From: a virus
Lineage: Duplodnaviria; Caudoviricetes
Length of the DNA: 61,937 bases
Reading direction: 5' to 3' (one strand)
Virus record (IMG/VR): IMGVR_UViG_3300034116_000957
Location: 1-61,937 of that record
Shown here: positions 56,349-61,937 of the stretch, piece by piece
Layout: every line of letters begins with the position of its first letter
Numbering within the stretch: position 1 is the first letter of the stretch
Notes under the pieces: generated by a model
Seen by the model: only the letters and a program-made list of their open reading frames with translations
Database searches by the model: none
What the model was told of the DNA's origin: nothing
Made by a program: the position numbers and the translations under genes

Positions 56349-58558
56349 TGGCACTACAAGATATGTTGCAAAACCTGCTGCCAGGTAAACCAAAAGTCAT
56401 GGCTATGAAGAAGCCAGACAACAATGGAACACCGGGTAGCTTCGATGTTGACAAGTTGCTTCTATCAGATCCTAGTAAGCTTGGAATTGATCACGACAAA
56501 GCTGATTGGACAGTTTCTCCTGAAGAAGATACTGAAGAAGCCATTAAGATTTCCAAGCTAGTACGAGACCAGTTTGAGAAAGCGTATCGGACTCGCCATG
56601 AAATGGAACTTGAATGGATGCAAGCACTTGCATTCTTCGAGGGGCGTCAATGGTACAAAATTAACAGCCAGGCACGTAACCTCGCTAGTCTTCAGGACCC
56701 GTCTGAAAGTAACCGTTACATTACGGTGAATAAGATGAGGCCGTTGATTGACGGTGTTGTAGGCAAGTTGACACAGGTTAGTCCAGATGCTCGTGCTGTG
56801 CCTCTGTCATACAACGATCGTGACCGAGCTGCAGCAGATGAGGCTAACTTCATTGCCGGTCACTACACGCGGAAGTTTAGCCGCGAGACACAGCTTAAAG
56901 AGCGCGTTCGCTGGGCGTGTGTTACCGGGACGTCGTTTGTGAAGATCTGGTGGGACAGCAAGGCTGAGCAAGTCATGCCTTACATGGGCATTGATGGTCA
57001 GATCCAAGGGTTTGAGAAGCTACCGCTAGGCGATGTATGCGAAGAGATTGTGCCGTGTTTTAACATCTATGTAGATCCACACGCTCAGACAGACGATCAA
57101 ATCCGCTGGATGATTCACGCATCTATTAAGCCTATGTCCTGGTTTGTGGACAACTACGGCGAAGCTGGCAAGAAGGTCAAGGCAAATGCTCTTACTGGGC
57201 AGACAGCAGGATATGTAGACGCTTACCTAGAAGGTGCTAATGGAACTGGACTTGGATGGGTGCAGCCGACATCGGCTCGACTTAACGCTGCAGACCACAG
57301 GCGACATGCATCCATTGTTTATGAGTACTGGGAGAAGCCTACTTCACAGTATCCAAAAGGTAGATACATCGTCACTACTGACGATGCGCTGTTGTACGCC
57401 GGTGTATGGCCTTACAACAAGCGTGATGAGTTCCCATTCGTACCTCTGCGCTGGCAACCGCGAAGTGGAACCCCATATGGGCATAGTCTAGGTTACGACC
57501 TTACCCATCTTCAGCTGACGTACAACCGCATTTACAGCCGTGCCGTCGAGCAGATGGAGAAGAATAAGGACTACGTTGTTATTGAACGTAGGTCTCGAAT
57601 TGGTGCAGACGCATTCAATGTAACTGGAGACGATATTGACGACAAGAACAGGCAGTTCAGGAAGATCTATTACGATACCGGCACGCATCCTCCGTCGATT
57701 CAGCGTGCACCGGGGATCAGTGCGGATTTGTTTCCGTTTCTCCAAGTTATTGAAAAGGACATGGCTGACATTGCCGGACTTCATGACGTCAGTCAAGGAA
57801 TGGCGCAAGCTGGCACTCCAGCTGAATCAGTACGTTTGCTGCAAAGAGCAGACAACACTCAACACAGCTACATCAGAGCAGACATCGAAATCAGCGCTGC
57901 AAAAATTAAAGAGTGGGAAATCGCTCTCGTTGAGCAGTTTGCTGTTGCTCCTTTCATGGGCTCTGTAGACGATCAGATGAATTCCAAAGACCCTGTACAG
58001 CAGGGCATCATCAACTTCGAGTCAATCAGAGACGGTGGTCAGTATAGAGTTGTTTACGTTCCAGGTTCAACTCAAGAAGATTCACCAGATCAGAAGATGC
58101 AGAAAGTTGCGATGCTTCGCCAGATGGGATTGTTTGGTGACCCTGCAGATCCAGAAACAAACGCACTTGTTGTCAAGATGTTGCAGTTGCCTGAAACAAC
58201 GCAAATCCTTGACCACTTGGCAATGCAGCAGCAGAAAGCACAAGAGATGCAGCAGCAGCAAATGGCTATGCAGGAACAGCAGATGGCCATGCAGCAGCAG
58301 CAGATTGATGCGCAATCACAGCCGAAACAGTCATTTGATCCTGAAGCGGAACAGATGAAGGCTGAGGTTGAGATGCAAAAGCAGCAGATGAAGAACGAAG
58401 CTGACATGGAAAAGCTCAACGCACAGAGCAGAGCTAAGCAGGATGAGTACGCTGCTCAGAAGGTAACAGACTTACGTCATGAGTTGATGATGAAACAACT
58501 CGGTGGCGGAGAAAGTCAGGGAAAACCACGCCCTGATGGTAGTGACAGAAAAGATTAA
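56348..58558 (+). CDS. Portal protein (P22-like)
   Basis: After terL; FFEGRQW, NKMRP, FPFVP and DIAGLHDVSQG motifs; Gln-rich coiled-coil C-terminus. Confidence 0.85.
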   Translation: MALQDMLQNLLPGKPKVMAMKKPDNNGTPGSFDVDKLLLSDPSKLGIDHDKADWTVSPEEDTEEAIKISKLVRDQFEKAYRTRHEMELEWMQALAFFEGRQWYKINSQARNLASLQDPSESNRYITVNKMRPLIDGVVGKLTQVSPDARAVPLSYNDRDRAAADEANFIAGHYTRKFSRETQLKERVRWACVTGTSFVKIWWDSKAEQVMPYMGIDGQIQGFEKLPLGDVCEEIVPCFNIYVDPHAQTDDQIRWMIHASIKPMSWFVDNYGEAGKKVKANALTGQTAGYVDAYLEGANGTGLGWVQPTSARLNAADHRRHASIVYEYWEKPTSQYPKGRYIVTTDDALLYAGVWPYNKRDEFPFVPLRWQPRSGTPYGHSLGYDLTHLQLTYNRIYSRAVEQMEKNKDYVVIERRSRIGADAFNVTGDDIDDKNRQFRKIYYDTGTHPPSIQRAPGISADLFPFLQVIEKDMADIAGLHDVSQGMAQAGTPAESVRLLQRADNTQHSYIRADIEISAAKIKEWEIALVEQFAVAPFMGSVDDQMNSKDPVQQGIINFESIRDGGQYRVVYVPGSTQEDSPDQKMQKVAMLRQMGLFGDPADPETNALVVKMLQLPETTQILDHLAMQQQKAQEMQQQQMAMQEQQMAMQQQQIDAQSQPKQSFDPEAEQMKAEVEMQKQQMKNEADMEKLNAQSRAKQDEYAAQKVTDLRHELMMKQLGGGESQGKPRPDGSDRKD

Positions 58559-58581
58559 TGTGGTAGATTGAGGGAAACTTA

Positions 58582-59400
58582 ATGTCTGACGAGATGGTGA
58601 TGCCAACTCCCGATTCACCAGCGGGGGCGACGGACAGTGGTTTGCGCGAAGCATTCGCTGGCTTTATCCAGGAGAACGCCGATTCTGGACAAGAGGCACA
58701 AGGGGCGATAGGTGCCGTAGACGCCGGTTTAGATGTAGACAACGATTCGTACTTGAACGAATTGCTTGGTGTGGAAACACCAGGGAATGTTCCATACGAG
58801 CGTTTTCGCGAGGTCAATGAACGTGCTAAACAAGCAGACCAGATTACTTCTGAGTTTGATAACTGGCGCGGTGTTATTGACGAATTCAAGCAACTTGGTT
58901 ATAACAGCGCTGCTGACATCCAGGCCGCTTTGGACGCTCAACAACAAGCGAACGAAGAAGCTGAGATTGCAAATCGCTACCAACAGCTACAAGACGCAAA
59001 TGTAATTGATCCTTACAATGCGCAACTCCAGCAAGAAGCGGAACTCACAAAGTTGCGCTACGAGCGGCAGATGCATAAGGTCAACACATATTTGTTGCAA
59101 CAAGAGCAATCTCAAGCAATGTCTCAGTACCCGTTGGCCAACCAAGCTCCAGAACTTGTACAAGGTCTTGTTCGCTCTGGCATGAAACCAATTGAGGCAG
59201 CTCAGGCGGTCGATTCACAGATCCGTGCACTGACTCGAAAACTAGTTCCGGAACTAGCCACAAAGTTGCAGGGACAGGCAGCCCCAACCCCAATGAGTAA
59301 TGGTCAAGCAGCAGCTCGTCCAGCATCTCCACAGCAAGGTCAAGGATTGTCTACAATCTCTCAACTTCTAGGTATCTCTCGTAATCGAAACTCAATGTAG
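58582..59400 (+). CDS. Capsid scaffolding protein
   Basis: Between portal and capsid; acidic, helical; VPYERFREVNE motif. Confidence 0.7.
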   Translation: MSDEMVMPTPDSPAGATDSGLREAFAGFIQENADSGQEAQGAIGAVDAGLDVDNDSYLNELLGVETPGNVPYERFREVNERAKQADQITSEFDNWRGVIDEFKQLGYNSAADIQAALDAQQQANEEAEIANRYQQLQDANVIDPYNAQLQQEAELTKLRYERQMHKVNTYLLQQEQSQAMSQYPLANQAPELVQGLVRSGMKPIEAAQAVDSQIRALTRKLVPELATKLQGQAAPTPMSNGQAAARPASPQQGQGLSTISQLLGISRNRNSM

Positions 59401-59410
59401 GTAAAAGAAT

Positions 59411-60475
59411 ATGGCAATCGATTTTAACGGAGCCCTTACGCTTGCGGATTATGCTGCAATTTCTAATGACCCTCTTGTCAAAGAGATCACAAAATCGCTT
59501 CATAAGACGTGGAACGCGCTTAAGGATATTCCACTCTCAACCAACCCAACCCTTCGTCAGACTGGTATGCGTTACCTCAACGCAAACATTCCTACGCCTA
59601 ACTGGACTGGCCTTAACGCTGAACCACAGACGTTTAAGTCAAAGCCAAAGTCGTATGAAGAGCAGCTCTACATTCTGCGCAACAAACTGACTGTTGACCG
59701 CCGCATTCTGGATCAGCCAAATGCAATCGTCGACCCAGTTGAGTCGCAGATTCAGATGTTCCTTGAAGGCTTTGCCTATGATTTCAATGACAAATTCATT
59801 AACAATGATCCGTCATCGACAGTCGCTGGCAATACCGCTGATTGTTTCCCAGGTCTTAACTACCGTCTGAAGAACGCATCCGATTATGACATTCCTGGTG
59901 AAATGATCATCGCGTCAACGGCTGACCTTTCCACAAACGCAACATCTGGTCTTTTGACTGGATCTGCTGGTTCTGGAAGTGCAAACCGTTTTATGGCTGA
60001 AGTCCAGGCACTGTTTGACAACATGAACGCACCAGATGGCGATGGTGTTGTCCTTTACATGTCTGAACTTTGTAAGCGCCAGATTGAAATGGCAATCCGC
60101 GTGATGGGAATCGGAGCTGGCTTCGATATTACCCAGGACAGCTTTGACCGACCAGTTGAAAAGTACAAGAATGCAACCATTCGTACTGTTGGTCGTAAGT
60201 CAGACGGTGTGACTCCTGTTATCGGCAATACGCTAACGCAGTCCGTTACTGGAAGCATTAACACGGTTGCAACAGCAAACCGCCAGACGTCTATCTACGC
60301 GGTTCGCTATGGAACTGGATATGTAACTGGATGGCAGTCTGAGCCATTCAAGCCAAAGTATCTTGGTCTCTCTCCTGAGAACGGAATCATGCACAACGTC
60401 CTGTTTGACTGGGGTGTTGGCTTGTGGATTCCTCACAACCGTGCAATCGGTCGTATTGACGTGGTTGTCAGCTAG
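59411..60475 (+). CDS. Major capsid protein
   Basis: 354 aa after the scaffold; ALTLADYA N-terminus, FIN.D...F.GL..R, TSIYAVRYG. Confidence 0.8.
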   Translation: MAIDFNGALTLADYAAISNDPLVKEITKSLHKTWNALKDIPLSTNPTLRQTGMRYLNANIPTPNWTGLNAEPQTFKSKPKSYEEQLYILRNKLTVDRRILDQPNAIVDPVESQIQMFLEGFAYDFNDKFINNDPSSTVAGNTADCFPGLNYRLKNASDYDIPGEMIIASTADLSTNATSGLLTGSAGSGSANRFMAEVQALFDNMNAPDGDGVVLYMSELCKRQIEMAIRVMGIGAGFDITQDSFDRPVEKYKNATIRTVGRKSDGVTPVIGNTLTQSVTGSINTVATANRQTSIYAVRYGTGYVTGWQSEPFKPKYLGLSPENGIMHNVLFDWGVGLWIPHNRAIGRIDVVVS

Positions 60476-60495
60476 TAAAGGAATAGGTAAAAAAT

Positions 60496-61410
60496 ATGGC
60501 ACGTGATCTTAAACTGTCTAACTGGACTTGGACTACTGTGGCTGGCGGCGCCAATACGATGGCCGTCACTGCAAGTACTCCATCAGGTGATCCGACAAAC
60601 ACTCAAGGTCTTGTCACCTTGGCAAACGGAGCTGCAGCTGGTGCTGGTGTTGGTTCGTTTCGAGCTGCATCCGATCCGAAAAACGTAGCCGGATTTATTA
60701 ACTCGAAGATGGATAACTCGTCATTTGCAAACTTCCTTGCAGGTAACGAAGTCTCTTCAGTGAATAACCAGCCAGCGCTCTGGGGTAACACGTCGTACGC
60801 GAACATGTACGCACGTTGTGCAGTTTCACTTGGTGGCATTGTCACAGGTGCAACTGTAACATTCCCGCAAGCAGCTGGTGCTTACATTGTGATGGAAGGT
60901 GCATACGACAATGGTGCATCTACGCCAGCTCCTAGTGGACTCTGGCTGCCTATTTCCGGCGCTATTCCACTTGTAAGTGGTGTTGCAGCTCTGTCTACTA
61001 CAGCTCTAGTGACAGTGGCGAGTGCTCACTTGTTTACTACGACTACACTTCACGGACTATCCGTCGGTGATCATGTCGTATTGAGCGCTGTGGGTGGCCT
61101 AACTGGAGTTGTTGCAGATCAGGTTTACCAAGTGTTTACGACGCCTACACAGACGACGTTTACACTGTCTAACGTCTCTGCAACTCCTGCAGTGCTGACA
61201 ATCACTGGTACATCTACTGGTGCTGTTGTGCAGAAGCTTATTACCAACAACACTCAAACCAAGATCGTATCTACACCTATGACGCAGAGCCTTCGACCTT
61301 GGACTCGTTGGGCGGTACATTACTTCTCGCTCACCAACACTAACGTGGCTAACGTTACCCTTAGCAAGACGTCACTTGTCCTTGGACGTGACAACGCGAT
61401 GGTGGGATAA
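60496..61410 (+). CDS. Capsid decoration/structural protein
   Basis: Follows the capsid gene; MARD start; T/A/G-rich. Confidence 0.55.
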   Translation: MARDLKLSNWTWTTVAGGANTMAVTASTPSGDPTNTQGLVTLANGAAAGAGVGSFRAASDPKNVAGFINSKMDNSSFANFLAGNEVSSVNNQPALWGNTSYANMYARCAVSLGGIVTGATVTFPQAAGAYIVMEGAYDNGASTPAPSGLWLPISGAIPLVSGVAALSTTALVTVASAHLFTTTTLHGLSVGDHVVLSAVGGLTGVVADQVYQVFTTPTQTTFTLSNVSATPAVLTITGTSTGAVVQKLITNNTQTKIVSTPMTQSLRPWTRWAVHYFSLTNTNVANVTLSKTSLVLGRDNAMVG

Positions 61411-61417
61411 TAGGCAC

Positions 61418-61937
61418 ATGACAAGGGCAGAGATCAAACGGCAAGTCCGACTTCTTGGTCAGCATTATTTTAGTGGTGACCTAGATCAAGATCCGTTTGG
61501 TCTTGACCTCTTGGTGAACGAAACGGCCAATGACGTAGCCAGGTTAACTGACTGCTTCATTGGTCGTCGGTATTTGGATACCGTTTACGGTACAGATGAA
61601 TACTGCGCGAGTGATTTGTATCGCATTAAAAACGTCATGGTGCTAAACGATGACGGCAACTATAAGCGCATGCGTTTAGTTGAATGGTACGAAGGCAATA
61701 ACGATGTTTACCGTCGTGACACTCAGCCATCAACTCCGACACACGCATTGATATTTGGTCCTAACCGAATTAAGCTTTACCCATCGCCTTCAGTCAGTAC
61801 GCCTTCAGGAATCATGATTGAAGGCTACGCTATTCCTGGAGATGTATGGACGTACACGACTGCTGGTACTCCGTCGACAACTCCAGCCGACCAACAAGAA
61901 TGCCCACTGCCAGATATTGCGCACGACTGCATTGTCT
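61418..61937 (+). CDS. Putative head-tail adaptor, 5' part (continues at the window start)
   Basis: ATG at 61418; open to the end of the window. Confidence 0.6.
   Translation, partial: MTRAEIKRQVRLLGQHYFSGDLDQDPFGLDLLVNETANDVARLTDCFIGRRYLDTVYGTDEYCASDLYRIKNVMVLNDDGNYKRMRLVEWYEGNNDVYRRDTQPSTPTHALIFGPNRIKLYPSPSVSTPSGIMIEGYAIPGDVWTYTTAGTPSTTPADQQECPLPDIAHDCIV
61537..61937. repeat. Terminal direct repeat / circular overlap, copy 2
   Basis: Matches 1-401. Confidence 0.95.

Overview
This window appears to be a complete, circularly permuted tailed dsDNA phage genome of about 61.5 kb. Bases 1-401 recur at 61537-61937 with 6 synonymous differences. The + strand arm (43.9 kb through the junction to 26.9 kb) carries accessory, lysis and nucleotide genes, terminase small and large subunits, portal, scaffold, major capsid, adaptors, short-tail (podovirus-like) proteins, ejection-type proteins and a 4046-aa apparently cysteine-free polyvalent protein. 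The - strand arm (43.6 to 26.9 kb) carries early genes and a lambda/SPP1-style replication and recombination module (iteron-containing initiator, helicase loader, DnaB, Gam-like, ssDNA-annealing protein, VRR-NUC). I found no integrase, DNA polymerase or CRISPR array. The most striking feature is a 6.4-kb array (37.3-43.7 kb) of nine single-gene cassettes separated by ten copies of a ~120-190 bp intergenic element. Each full element has a terminator, two TATACT(T/G)RCG boxes 46-48 bp apart, a co-varying internal direct repeat, a G-T-rich hairpin and a structured leader with RBS. Its sub-modules are shuffled between copies. Other notable items: tandem Tad2/DUF2829-like genes (one fused to an HTH), two aberrant tRNA-like elements, a duplicated pseudoknot-like leader, several leaderless genes and a G-quadruplex-prone tract at the strand switch. 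All protein calls are from motif recognition by eye, not database searches.
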